Below, in pieces: positions 51,246-59,661 of a stretch of DNA of 64,000 bases. The stretch lies in IMG/VR virus record IMGVR_UViG_3300021093_000007, one strand, 5' to 3'. This DNA comes from a virus. A program made the position numbers and the translations under genes. A model generated the notes under the pieces. That model did not search any database. It worked only from the letters and a program-made list of their open reading frames with translations, and was not told the DNA's origin. Every line of letters starts with the position of its first letter. Position 1 is the stretch's first letter.

Positions 51246-52379
51246 ATGCCTCGCAAACTTGCTTTGAAAGACGAACAACTGATTGCTTCCATTCAAGAAC
51301 TTTATGGTTCTGAAATTACTTCTGGTGATCTTAGGGGTTTTTGTGCTTCTCGCGGTTTGAATTATCAGACTGTGACTCGTCGCCTTGAACAATATAAGTC
51401 TGCTCGTGGTCGCTGGAATCTTGAAGTGACTCAGGAGCGAGTTGAAGAGATTGAGCGCACCTTCCAATCACCTGCTGCTCTTCCTGCTATCGAACAAAAT
51501 CTTATTCCCGACAAAGATGATACCTTCGTCCAGTTTGGTAATTTTAAAGATGTTAAGCGTATTATTCAATCCAATCTTTTTTATCCGACGTTTATTACGG
51601 GTTTGTCGGGTAACGGTAAAACGTTCAGTGTGGAGCAAGCTTGTGCTCAACTCAAGCGTGAACTCATTCGGGTAAACATTACGATTGAAACTGATGAAGA
51701 TGACCTTATTGGCGGTTTCCGTCTTGTTGATGGTGCCACTGTTTGGCACAACGGTCCAGTTATTGAAGCCCTTGAGCGAGGAGCGATCCTGCTACTTGAC
51801 GAGGTTGACCTTGCCTCCAACAAAATCCTTTGTCTACAATCCGTGCTAGAAGGTAAGGGTGTGTTCCTGAAAAAGATCGGTCGTTTCGTAAAACCTGCTG
51901 CTGGTTTCAACGTGATTGCCACTGCTAACACCAAAGGTAAGGGTTCTGATGATGGTCGCTTCATCGGCACCAATGTGCTCAACGAAGCATTCCTTGAACG
52001 CTTCCCTGTGACCTTTGAGCAGTCCTATCCTGCTCCTGCTACTGAGCAAAAGATTCTGGAAGGTATTGCTCTGGACCTTGGTGTGGAAGACCGTGACTTC
52101 TGCAAGCGTCTGGTGGACTGGGCGGATATTATCCGCAAGACCTTTTACGATGGTGGTATTGATGAAATCATCAGCACCCGTCGCCTGGTTCATATCATCC
52201 GCGCCTATAGCATCTTCCAAGACAAGGCAAAGGCAATCCAAGTGTGTGTTAATCGTTTTGACGATGAAACCAAACAGTCCTTCCTGGAACTGTATGACAA
52301 GGTTGATGCTGACTTCAAGATGCCTACGGGGGTATCAAATGAAGTTCTTCCTAATATTGACGAACCCAGTCCTTTCTGA
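51246..52379 (+). CDS. cobS: CobS-like (MoxR-family) AAA+ ATPase
   Basis: GLSGNGKT Walker A, LLLDEVD Walker B, ATANTKGKG, NEAFLERF, ISTRRL. Confidence 0.9.
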   Translation: MPRKLALKDEQLIASIQELYGSEITSGDLRGFCASRGLNYQTVTRRLEQYKSARGRWNLEVTQERVEEIERTFQSPAALPAIEQNLIPDKDDTFVQFGNFKDVKRIIQSNLFYPTFITGLSGNGKTFSVEQACAQLKRELIRVNITIETDEDDLIGGFRLVDGATVWHNGPVIEALERGAILLLDEVDLASNKILCLQSVLEGKGVFLKKIGRFVKPAAGFNVIATANTKGKGSDDGRFIGTNVLNEAFLERFPVTFEQSYPAPATEQKILEGIALDLGVEDRDFCKRLVDWADIIRKTFYDGGIDEIISTRRLVHIIRAYSIFQDKAKAIQVCVNRFDDETKQSFLELYDKVDADFKMPTGVSNEVLPNIDEPSPF

Positions 52380-52385
52380 TATAAT
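52357..52385 (+). promoter_or_regulatory. Sigma70 promoter embedded in the cobS 3' end
   Basis: TTGACG (52357-52362), 17 nt, TGaTATAAT (-10 at 52380-52385). Confidence 0.7.
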
Positions 52386-52388
52386 TGG

Positions 52389-52412
52389 GGGAGGTCAATA
52401 TGCCTCCCTTTT
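52389..52412 (+). terminator. Stem-loop with short T tract (terminator or 5' stabilising hairpin)
   Basis: GGGAGG-TCAATATG-CCTCCC-TTTT. Confidence 0.5.
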
Positions 52413-52434
52413 GTACTTTAGTATGAATTAAAAA

Positions 52435-52956
52435 ATGTCTAAAACTTATGATGAAGGACTTCTTGATTTGTCCTCTTTTGCGACTGCAGTAAATCAAGAC
52501 TTTTGGGAAGAAGATGGAATTAGTTTGGTTGGTAATCCATTTGCATCTCCAGGTTCTTCTGATACAATTAACTTCTCTACTTCTTATGTTGGTAGTAGAG
52601 TTCAGGGTGGTTCTTACGATGACAAAGTTGAATTTAAATTGACAATGGACAACACGAACGGATTCTGGAAGTATGAGGAAGATAAGACTCTGAAAGAGGT
52701 AGAGCAGTATCTCTCTAGCACCTATCATTCTCATTACACTTCCGAAACATCTAAAACCCAAACTCTTGATTTGATTGAGAGTATTGGAGATGCAGAAGCA
52801 TTCACTCGTTCCAATGCTATCAAGTATCTCTCTCGTTTTGGTAAGAAAAATGGTAAGTCAAAGCAAGACATTCTAAAGGCAATTCACTATTGCGTTCTTC
52901 TTTATCACTTTGCTGGTCTTCATAATGAAAATAAGGGAACCTATGAAACTTTCTGA
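52435..52956 (+). CDS. DUF3310-like protein (T7 gp1.7-related nucleotide-kinase domain)
   Basis: C-terminal HY...TLDLIESIG..EAFTRSNAIKYLSRFGKKNG...DILKAIHY. Confidence 0.65.
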   Translation: MSKTYDEGLLDLSSFATAVNQDFWEEDGISLVGNPFASPGSSDTINFSTSYVGSRVQGGSYDDKVEFKLTMDNTNGFWKYEEDKTLKEVEQYLSSTYHSHYTSETSKTQTLDLIESIGDAEAFTRSNAIKYLSRFGKKNGKSKQDILKAIHYCVLLYHFAGLHNENKGTYETF

Positions 52957-53608
52957 TAAAACTCTCAATCTTCTTAAGAACTTTTCTAACATTAATCAAT
53001 CTATCCTTTTTAAAAAAGGTAGAAAACTTCGTACCATCAGTGTTATGAAGAACATTCTTGCTGAAGCGGATATTACCGAAGAGATTCCTAAAGACTTTGG
53101 AATCTATGATCTCAACCAATTCTTGAATGGACTAGATCTTCATAAAGATCCTGCTCTTGATTTTGCTAATGACAGTTATGTTGTGATTCGTGAAGGTAAA
53201 ACTCGATCCAATTACTTCTTTGCTGATCCGAATGTAATCATTACTCCTCCAGAAAAAGAACTTATTCTTCCTTCTGAAGATGTATCATTTAGTATTACTT
53301 CTGATCAACTGACTCGTCTTATCAAAGCTGCAAATATCTTCCAACTTCCAGACTTGTCCGTTATTGGTGAAGCAGGTGTTGTAAAGATTGTAGTTCGTGA
53401 CAAAAAGAACGATACCTCTAATGACTTTCAAGTTATTGTTGGTGAGACTGAACTTAACTTCTGCTTTAACTTTAAGGTAGAAAACATTAAGATCATTCCT
53501 GGAAACTATCAGGTCAGTATCTCAAGTAAACTTTTGTCACGCTTTGACAGTAAAGACTATGACCTGAAGTATTATATTGCTCTGGAACCTGATTCAACAT
53601 TCAAATGA
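52943..53608 (+). CDS. gp45: Sliding clamp gp45
   Basis: MKLSDKTLNLLKNFSNINQSILF, FGIYDLNQFL, YYIALEPDS. Confidence 0.95.
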   Translation: MKLSDKTLNLLKNFSNINQSILFKKGRKLRTISVMKNILAEADITEEIPKDFGIYDLNQFLNGLDLHKDPALDFANDSYVVIREGKTRSNYFFADPNVIITPPEKELILPSEDVSFSITSDQLTRLIKAANIFQLPDLSVIGEAGVVKIVVRDKKNDTSNDFQVIVGETELNFCFNFKVENIKIIPGNYQVSISSKLLSRFDSKDYDLKYYIALEPDSTFK

Positions 53609-54117
53609 ACATTTTTGTAACCTCTCCTTGGCCTGCTGAAAGTGCTGTCTGTCTTCCTGACAAACACATTGTCAAAATGCCATTAGAGTGCTGTCAGATG
53701 CTCTCTATCGTGGCATCTGACAAATGGGGACATGGATACGGAACTCTTCCAAAGTCTGATGGAACGCCATATAAGACAGAGAAAGGAGCATTCCGCAATC
53801 ATCCATGCACCAAATGGGCAATGGAAACGATCCATAATGCCTATTGGTTAATCAAGTGGGGTCTTAACTTGTCAGATGAGTATGCCCTTCGTTACAATAA
53901 GATTCACTCTTGCTATAAAACACTTGTGGATGCTTATTATCTCTTTCCTAAGGGGAAGGTTACTGAAGTAACATCGTTTGCGAGAGCAATGCCAGATGAG
54001 TATAAACTTGACACAAGCATTGACACTTTTACTGCTTACAAGATGTATATCGCATCCAAACCTTGGGTTGCATCTAATTATCTTCGTATGCCAGAACGAA
54101 AACCTGAATGGGTATAA
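53605..54117 (+). CDS. Pyrimidine-dimer DNA glycosylase (DenV)-like protein
   Basis: MNIFVT...DKHIVKMPLECCQMLS...NHPCTKW...EYALRY..IH...AMPDEYK. Confidence 0.6.
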   Translation: MNIFVTSPWPAESAVCLPDKHIVKMPLECCQMLSIVASDKWGHGYGTLPKSDGTPYKTEKGAFRNHPCTKWAMETIHNAYWLIKWGLNLSDEYALRYNKIHSCYKTLVDAYYLFPKGKVTEVTSFARAMPDEYKLDTSIDTFTAYKMYIASKPWVASNYLRMPERKPEWV

Positions 54118-54119
54118 TC

Positions 54120-54377
54120 ATGTCAAGTACTGATAAATTTATTCACCCACAATATCCAAGACTTAGTTGGTTAAGAATTGTTGGTAATTCTTTTTTTATT
54201 TTCGGATATGCAGTAATTCTATTTAATAGTGTTCAATTTGGAATTTATTTTCGATTATTTGGTAATCTTTTGTCTTTCCCCTATTTTTATCGAGTAAGAA
54301 TGTGGGATATGATGACTATTCGCAGTTTTTTTGCTATTATTGAATTGGTTAAGTTAATTCAGATTTTGTTTTTTTAA
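54120..54377 (+). CDS. Small membrane protein
   Basis: Hydrophobic segments (LRIVGNSFFIFGYAVILF; FFAIIELVKLIQILFF). Confidence 0.65.
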   Translation: MSSTDKFIHPQYPRLSWLRIVGNSFFIFGYAVILFNSVQFGIYFRLFGNLLSFPYFYRVRMWDMMTIRSFFAIIELVKLIQILFF

Positions 54378-54379
54378 TT

Positions 54380-55327
54380 ATGAGTCGTGATGAATTTTTG
54401 TGGGTTGAGAAGTATCGACCCAAAACAATTGAAGATTGTATTCTCCCAGAGGGAATTAAAAAAACATTTAAAGATTTTCTAAATAAAGGTGAAGTGCCTA
54501 ATTTACTTCTTGCTGGACCTGCTGGATGCGGCAAGACAACAGTAGCAAAAGCACTCTGTAATGAACTTGGGGTAGATGTTTATGTCATCAATGGATCCGA
54601 TGAGGGTAGATTCCTCGATACTGTCCGAAACAATGCGAAGAACTTCGCTTCGACCGTCTCACTTTCGTCAACTGCTAAACACAAAGTCATCCTCATTGAT
54701 GAGGCAGATAACACAACCAACGATGTACAACTCCTCCTACGGGCGTCTATTGAGGAATTTGCTAACAACTGCCGATTCATCTTCACCTGTAACTACAAAA
54801 ACAAAATCATCGAACCCCTCCACTCACGATGTGCCGTTGTGGAGTTTGGAATCAAGTCAAAAGAAAAACCAAAACTTGCTGCGTCATTTTTTACAAGACT
54901 TCAAGATATTCTTCAAAAAGAATCTATCCAATATGATCAAAAAGTATTGATTGAATTGGTTAATAAACACTTCCCAGATTGGAGGAGAGTTCTTAATGAG
55001 TGCCAACGCTACGCTGTTGGTGGAAAGATTGACACAGGAATTCTTGCATCATTCTCTGATACTAATGTCAATGAACTTATTAAAAATCTCAAAACTAAAA
55101 ACTTTACTGAAGTCCGAAAGTGGGTGGTCGGGAACTTGGACAACGATGCTAGTAGTTTACTTCGCAGGGTTTATGACACCGCTATTGATGATCTTTCACC
55201 AGCATCTATCCCTGCTGCCGTTCTTGTTATTGCTAAGTATCAATACCAATGTGCGTTCGTGGCTGACCAAGAAATAAATCTCCTTGCAGCATTGACTGAA
55301 CTTATGGTGGAGTGTGAATTCAAATGA
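54380..55327 (+). CDS. gp44: Clamp loader large subunit gp44
   Basis: LWVEKYRP, GPAGCGKT, IDEAD, SRC motif, FPDWRR. Confidence 0.96.
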   Translation: MSRDEFLWVEKYRPKTIEDCILPEGIKKTFKDFLNKGEVPNLLLAGPAGCGKTTVAKALCNELGVDVYVINGSDEGRFLDTVRNNAKNFASTVSLSSTAKHKVILIDEADNTTNDVQLLLRASIEEFANNCRFIFTCNYKNKIIEPLHSRCAVVEFGIKSKEKPKLAASFFTRLQDILQKESIQYDQKVLIELVNKHFPDWRRVLNECQRYAVGGKIDTGILASFSDTNVNELIKNLKTKNFTEVRKWVVGNLDNDASSLLRRVYDTAIDDLSPASIPAAVLVIAKYQYQCAFVADQEINLLAALTELMVECEFK

Positions 55328-55485
55328 AAAACAAACATAATCAAGTAAAATCTAAATGGTATTATATTTTTTGGGGATCAATGGCAGTTGCCGTTGTTAC
55401 TGGTCAGGTGTATATTGGTCTAGGTTATAAAGAAATGGCAAATGCCTTTAAATCAATTCAAATTCATGTAGGATGTTCACAATGA
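55324..55485 (+). CDS. Small single-TM hypothetical protein (53 aa)
   Basis: Not in the track; ATGA overlaps at both ends; KSKWYYIFWGSMAVAVVTGQVYIGLGY. Confidence 0.65.
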   Translation: MKNKHNQVKSKWYYIFWGSMAVAVVTGQVYIGLGYKEMANAFKSIQIHVGCSQ

Positions 55486-55769
55486 ATGTAAAACTTATTA
55501 GACTGAATAGCGGTGAAGATGTTATCGCTGATTTGATTAGTCAATCTGATGAAGACCTTGTTATCTCAAATCCAATCGTTGCTGTTCCTTCTGGTAGGGG
55601 TGAACTGGGATTTGCACCATGGTCGCCTCTTCTCAGTAAAGATGTAAAAGAGATTACGATTAATAGGCATTACATCGTTTACATTTCTGAGACTCAAGAT
55701 CAAATTGTTGAACAATACAATCAAATCTTTAGTCCTATTATCACACCTAACAAACAACTGTCCCTTTGA
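55482..55769 (+). CDS. Conserved hypothetical protein (KLxSGE family, possible Sm-like fold)
   Basis: MNVKLIRLNSGEDVIADL...NPI...FAPW. Confidence 0.75.
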   Translation: MNVKLIRLNSGEDVIADLISQSDEDLVISNPIVAVPSGRGELGFAPWSPLLSKDVKEITINRHYIVYISETQDQIVEQYNQIFSPIITPNKQLSL

Positions 55770-55785
55770 TTTTTTTTATTTTATT

Positions 55786-56343
55786 ATGAGTATTGATTTT
55801 TCTCGCGTTAATTTTGAAAGATTTTTTGGATGGGTAAATGCATCCAATACAAAACAAATGAAAAGTTCCTCCTTTAGGGGACTTCGCGCCCACTATACTG
55901 AGAAATCTTTTTGTAAGTGGTCTGATGATCAATTGACCCATGTGGGACTTTTTGATAATGGTAGAGATTTTATTATAAAAGAAACTGGCGAATCTGTTGA
56001 AATGAAAAGTCAACTTAGCATGTTTAAGACAAAGAAAGGTTATCATGGCGACTGCAAATCATTTGTACTGAAAAATTTTCATCCTTCTAACAAAGACAGG
56101 AAAAACTGGAAGAAAGAAGATTTAATTAAAACATTTGATTACTTGCTTTTAATTGATACGAAATCCATGTCTGTGGGTTATACTACCTGGGATAAAGTTT
56201 ACGAATGTGTCGATGAGACTGCAAATGATCCCAAATGTATATTGAAGAAGGGTGATTATACTTTAATTGTTGACAACGTTACTCCTGCCGAAAAAGATTG
56301 TGATGTTGATGGTATGTTTTCTTCGATTGAGGAGCATCTTTGA
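55786..56343 (+). CDS. Hypothetical protein, possible PD-(D/E)xK nuclease
   Basis: E(K)...GRDFIIKETGESVEMKS (D-x10-E-x-K); stop overlaps the dam ATG. Confidence 0.5.
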   Translation: MSIDFSRVNFERFFGWVNASNTKQMKSSSFRGLRAHYTEKSFCKWSDDQLTHVGLFDNGRDFIIKETGESVEMKSQLSMFKTKKGYHGDCKSFVLKNFHPSNKDRKNWKKEDLIKTFDYLLLIDTKSMSVGYTTWDKVYECVDETANDPKCILKKGDYTLIVDNVTPAEKDCDVDGMFSSIEEHL

Positions 56344-57185
56344 TGAAATCTCTTAAGACGCCTTTGAGGTATCCAGGTGGTAAGTCCCGTGCTTGCGTCA
56401 AGATGGATCCTTACTTTCCTGACCTTCGCAACTATGATGAATTCCGTGAACCATTTCTTGGGGGAGGAAGTGTTGCGATTTATATCACAAAAAAATATCC
56501 TTACCTAGATATTTGGGTGAACGATTTGTATGAACCCCTAGTAAATTTCTGGCAGCAACTCCAGATGTTTGGATATGAGATAAAAAGTGAACTTGTTGAT
56601 CTGAAGAAAGCAAATAATACTCCAGACAAAGCAAGAGAACTTTTCCTCCAATCAAAGGAACGGATCAATGACAAAACCGTGTCAAATTTTGATCGTGCTG
56701 TGGATTTCTATGTTGTCAATAAATGTTCTTTTTCTGGTCTCACAGAGAGTTCATCATTTTCAGAACAAGCCTCCAATGCCAACTTTAGTTTGCGGGGCAT
56801 CGAAAAATTGCCTGCGTATTCTGAATTAATCGCAAATTGGCGTATAACTAATTACTCCTACGATTATCTAATGGATGGAAACATGGGTGCTTTTATGTAT
56901 CTCGATCCTCCTTATGATATTAAGGATAATCTCTATGGGCGTAAGGGATCAATGCACAAAGGATTTGATCACGATAAGTTTGCTGCTGACTGCGATGCTA
57001 ATCCTATGGACCAAATGATTAGTTATAATTCGGATCAATTAGTAAAAGAAAGATTTAAAGGTTGGTTTGCAGCAGAATTTGATTTGACTTATACAATGCG
57101 TTCTGTTGGTGAATATATGCGTGAGCAAAAAACTAGAAAAGAATTGCTTTTGATGAATTATGAAATGTCAGGTAACCTTGTATAA
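56343..57185 (+). CDS. dam: DNA adenine methyltransferase (Dam/D12 class)
   Basis: PLRYPGGKSR, EPFLGGGS, VNDL, YLDPPY. Confidence 0.92.
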   Translation: MKSLKTPLRYPGGKSRACVKMDPYFPDLRNYDEFREPFLGGGSVAIYITKKYPYLDIWVNDLYEPLVNFWQQLQMFGYEIKSELVDLKKANNTPDKARELFLQSKERINDKTVSNFDRAVDFYVVNKCSFSGLTESSSFSEQASNANFSLRGIEKLPAYSELIANWRITNYSYDYLMDGNMGAFMYLDPPYDIKDNLYGRKGSMHKGFDHDKFAADCDANPMDQMISYNSDQLVKERFKGWFAAEFDLTYTMRSVGEYMREQKTRKELLLMNYEMSGNLV

Positions 57186-57300
57186 GGCAGGAACTGTCTT
57201 TAAGGAAGAGGTGATTGCAAAGGATTATCAAGATGCGAGACAAGTTGCTCTTGCTCGTAATCCTGGTGCAAAAGTTGTTAGTGTAACGTTTGTATTTTAA
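57160..57300 (+). CDS. Small conserved hypothetical protein (46 aa)
   Basis: Not in the track; MKCQVTLYKAGTVFKEEVIAKDYQDARQVALARNPGAKVVSV. Confidence 0.65.
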   Translation: MKCQVTLYKAGTVFKEEVIAKDYQDARQVALARNPGAKVVSVTFVF

Positions 57301-57313
57301 TAGGAGAATTGTT

Positions 57314-58030
57314 ATGTTTAGTTATGACTATAGATTTACCCCACATATTAATCCTGGAATAATCGAATTTAAACTATACAAATACCATATGGATTTGTTG
57401 TGGTCGTATATTAAAAAATCCACAGTCAATGATGGTTGGGAAATTGATAAAGATAATAATGTTGTTAAAAGAGGACCTTATCAACAATGGTCTCTTTATG
57501 ATACAACTAGACTTTTTGAGAATGAAGTATTAGTCCCTGCAGTTAATGCTTATATTGAACGTTGGGGATTTCCAATGACATGTAAATCTACACATTATCC
57601 AGTTCCTCGCCTTCATAGATTTTGGACTAGAATTTCAAAAGCTGGGGAGTATCAACCAATGCACTTTCATCAGTCTATTTGGAGTTTTATTATTTGGATG
57701 AAAATACCTTTTGAGCATCAAGATGAACAAACAGAAGAACTTACAGAGTTATATCCAGAATCTGGAAATATGACCATCTGTTATCTTGATTCTATTGGAA
57801 GACTTGCAAAACAACCCTTTAGGTTAGGTAAAGAATATGAAGGAACTATGCTTTTGTTTCCTGGAGATTTTAATCACATAGTTTATCCATTTCATACCAG
57901 TGATGAATATAGAATTAGTATTGCGGGGGATATTTCAGTTGATAGTATGCAAACTGCTGAACCGCTACCTGTAAATAGTTCTGGTGATTTTAAATATAGT
58001 AATTTTTACGATAATAATGAGGAAGTTTGA
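57314..58030 (+). CDS. 2OG-Fe(II) oxygenase-like protein (paralog 1)
   Basis: SD TAGGAG at 57301; EYQPMHFH, WSFIIWMKIP, LLFPGDFNHIVYPF...RISIAGD. Confidence 0.8.
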   Translation: MFSYDYRFTPHINPGIIEFKLYKYHMDLLWSYIKKSTVNDGWEIDKDNNVVKRGPYQQWSLYDTTRLFENEVLVPAVNAYIERWGFPMTCKSTHYPVPRLHRFWTRISKAGEYQPMHFHQSIWSFIIWMKIPFEHQDEQTEELTELYPESGNMTICYLDSIGRLAKQPFRLGKEYEGTMLLFPGDFNHIVYPFHTSDEYRISIAGDISVDSMQTAEPLPVNSSGDFKYSNFYDNNEEV

Positions 58031-58741
58031 ATGACTTACGAATATAGTTACACTGATCACATCAATCCTGGAATACTTAGTTTTAAACTAAGTAAGGAAG
58101 ATATGGATATGATTTGGGGTTATATTAAAAAATCTGCATATAAAGGATGGACATTTGATGAGAATAATAAAGTCATTACAAATGCAAAACATCAACAGTG
58201 GTCTCTATATGATACCACTAGAAAATTTGAACATGAAATTTTAATTCCTGCAGTAAATTCATATGTTGATAAGTGGGGATACCCAATTAATATAAAAAAT
58301 ACACATTGGCCTATTCCAGAATTTAATAGATTTTGGTGTAGATTTTCAAATTCTAGTGAATATCAAAGTCTTCATGATCACCAAGCTGTTTGGAGTTTTG
58401 TAATTTGGATGAATATTCCAACCTCTTGGGAAGACGAGCAAGAAGGAAAACTTGGAGAATCTCATCCATGTGCATCTAATTTTTGTTTTTGTTATACTGA
58501 TTCTGTTGGTCGTATAAGACAACAAACCTATAAATTAGATAGAAGTGGTGAAGGAACCATGCTACTTTTTCCAAGTGACTTTTTACACCAAGTATATCCT
58601 CATTTTACATCTAAAGAGTTTAGAGTAAGTGTCGCTGGCGATGTTGCAATATCTAGCATGATGCATTTGGAACAAATTCCAACCATGACCCCAGCAGACC
58701 TTGAAGCAAGAAACTTTATTGATATTGTGCGAGATGACTGA
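58031..58741 (+). CDS. 2OG-Fe(II) oxygenase-like protein (paralog 2)
   Basis: EYQSLHDH, WSFVIWMNIP, LLFPSDFLHQVYPH...RVSVAGD; colinear with paralog 1. Confidence 0.8.
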   Translation: MTYEYSYTDHINPGILSFKLSKEDMDMIWGYIKKSAYKGWTFDENNKVITNAKHQQWSLYDTTRKFEHEILIPAVNSYVDKWGYPINIKNTHWPIPEFNRFWCRFSNSSEYQSLHDHQAVWSFVIWMNIPTSWEDEQEGKLGESHPCASNFCFCYTDSVGRIRQQTYKLDRSGEGTMLLFPSDFLHQVYPHFTSKEFRVSVAGDVAISSMMHLEQIPTMTPADLEARNFIDIVRDD

Positions 58742-59120
58742 ATTAAAAGATTGGTTGAATTCAATTAATAATACAAAAGATAATTTAGTGTCTGATGATC
58801 CAACTTTAATTAAAAGTTATCCACCCTATATTATTAATAGGTGTTTATCATCACATATTGATGCGATCCTCTTTGCGAATGAGATGAATAAAAATCATCA
58901 CCTTGATAAAGAACTGCAATATTCTTTTTATCTAAATAGTTTGAGGAAAAAGAAGAGATTCTCTCCTTGGCTCCGAAAGGATAAAGTTAACGACCTTGAT
59001 ATTGTAAAACAATACTATAATTATAGTAATGACAAAGCAATGCAAGCACTGAAGATTTTATCTAGAGAACAACTGGATTTTATTAAACAAAGACTTGATA
59101 CTGGTGGAACAAACAAATGA
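58734..59120 (+). CDS. gp62: Clamp loader small subunit gp62
   Basis: MTELKDWLNSIN, YPPYIINRCLS, ANEMN, RKKKRFSPW. Confidence 0.93.
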   Translation: MTELKDWLNSINNTKDNLVSDDPTLIKSYPPYIINRCLSSHIDAILFANEMNKNHHLDKELQYSFYLNSLRKKKRFSPWLRKDKVNDLDIVKQYYNYSNDKAMQALKILSREQLDFIKQRLDTGGTNK

Positions 59121-59557
59121 CTAATAATACTATTGAACCTCAGGTTAATTGGACACCTAATATGATGGTGGAGGTCGTTCTAAATGAACCTGATGATTTT
59201 CTTAAAGTTCGTGAAACTTTAACTCGCATCGGAGTTGCATCGCGCAAGGAAAAAAAACTCTATCAATCTTGCCACATTCTTCACAAGCAAGGTAGATATT
59301 ATATTACTCACTTTAAAGAACTGTTTGCTCTGGATGGTAAACATGCAAATCTTACTGTGAATGATATTCAGAGAAGAAATAGAATTGCAAGACTTCTTTC
59401 AGACTGGGGTCTGATTAGTGTTGTGAATGGAGATTCTATTAGCGACATCGCACCTTTGAATCAAATTAAAGTTCTCTCTTACAAGGACAAGGGGGATTGG
59501 ATCTTAGAGCAAAAATATAATATTGGATCTAAGAAAAAACCATCTGTCGATGAATGA
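59117..59557 (+). CDS. regA: Translational repressor RegA
   Basis: PDDFLKVRETLTRIGVASR, LYQSCHILHKQGRYYITHFKELF. Confidence 0.96.
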   Translation: MTNNTIEPQVNWTPNMMVEVVLNEPDDFLKVRETLTRIGVASRKEKKLYQSCHILHKQGRYYITHFKELFALDGKHANLTVNDIQRRNRIARLLSDWGLISVVNGDSISDIAPLNQIKVLSYKDKGDWILEQKYNIGSKKKPSVDE

Positions 59558-59562
59558 TTCTG

Positions 59563-59587
59563 GAGGGGTTGACACCCCTCTTTTTTT
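59563..59587 (+). terminator. Rho-independent terminator after regA
   Basis: GAGGGG-TTGACA-CCCCTC-TTTTTTT. Confidence 0.85.
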
Positions 59588-59597
59588 GTGGTATGAT
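59569..59597 (+). promoter_or_regulatory. Sigma70 promoter overlapping the terminator
   Basis: TTGACA (59569-59574), 17 nt, TGgTATGAT (-10 at 59592-59597). Confidence 0.75.
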
Positions 59598-59661
59598 AAA
59601 TGAATCGATATAAAACTTTTGTTTAAATGTCGATAAAAAGCAAACTTGCTATTTTTCAATC

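Noticed and set aside
51246-52379. Cobalamin biosynthesis pathway linking cobS to the B12 radical SAMs
   Set aside because: No cobN or other cob genes in the window; phage CobS is better explained as a MoxR-type ATPase with a VWA partner
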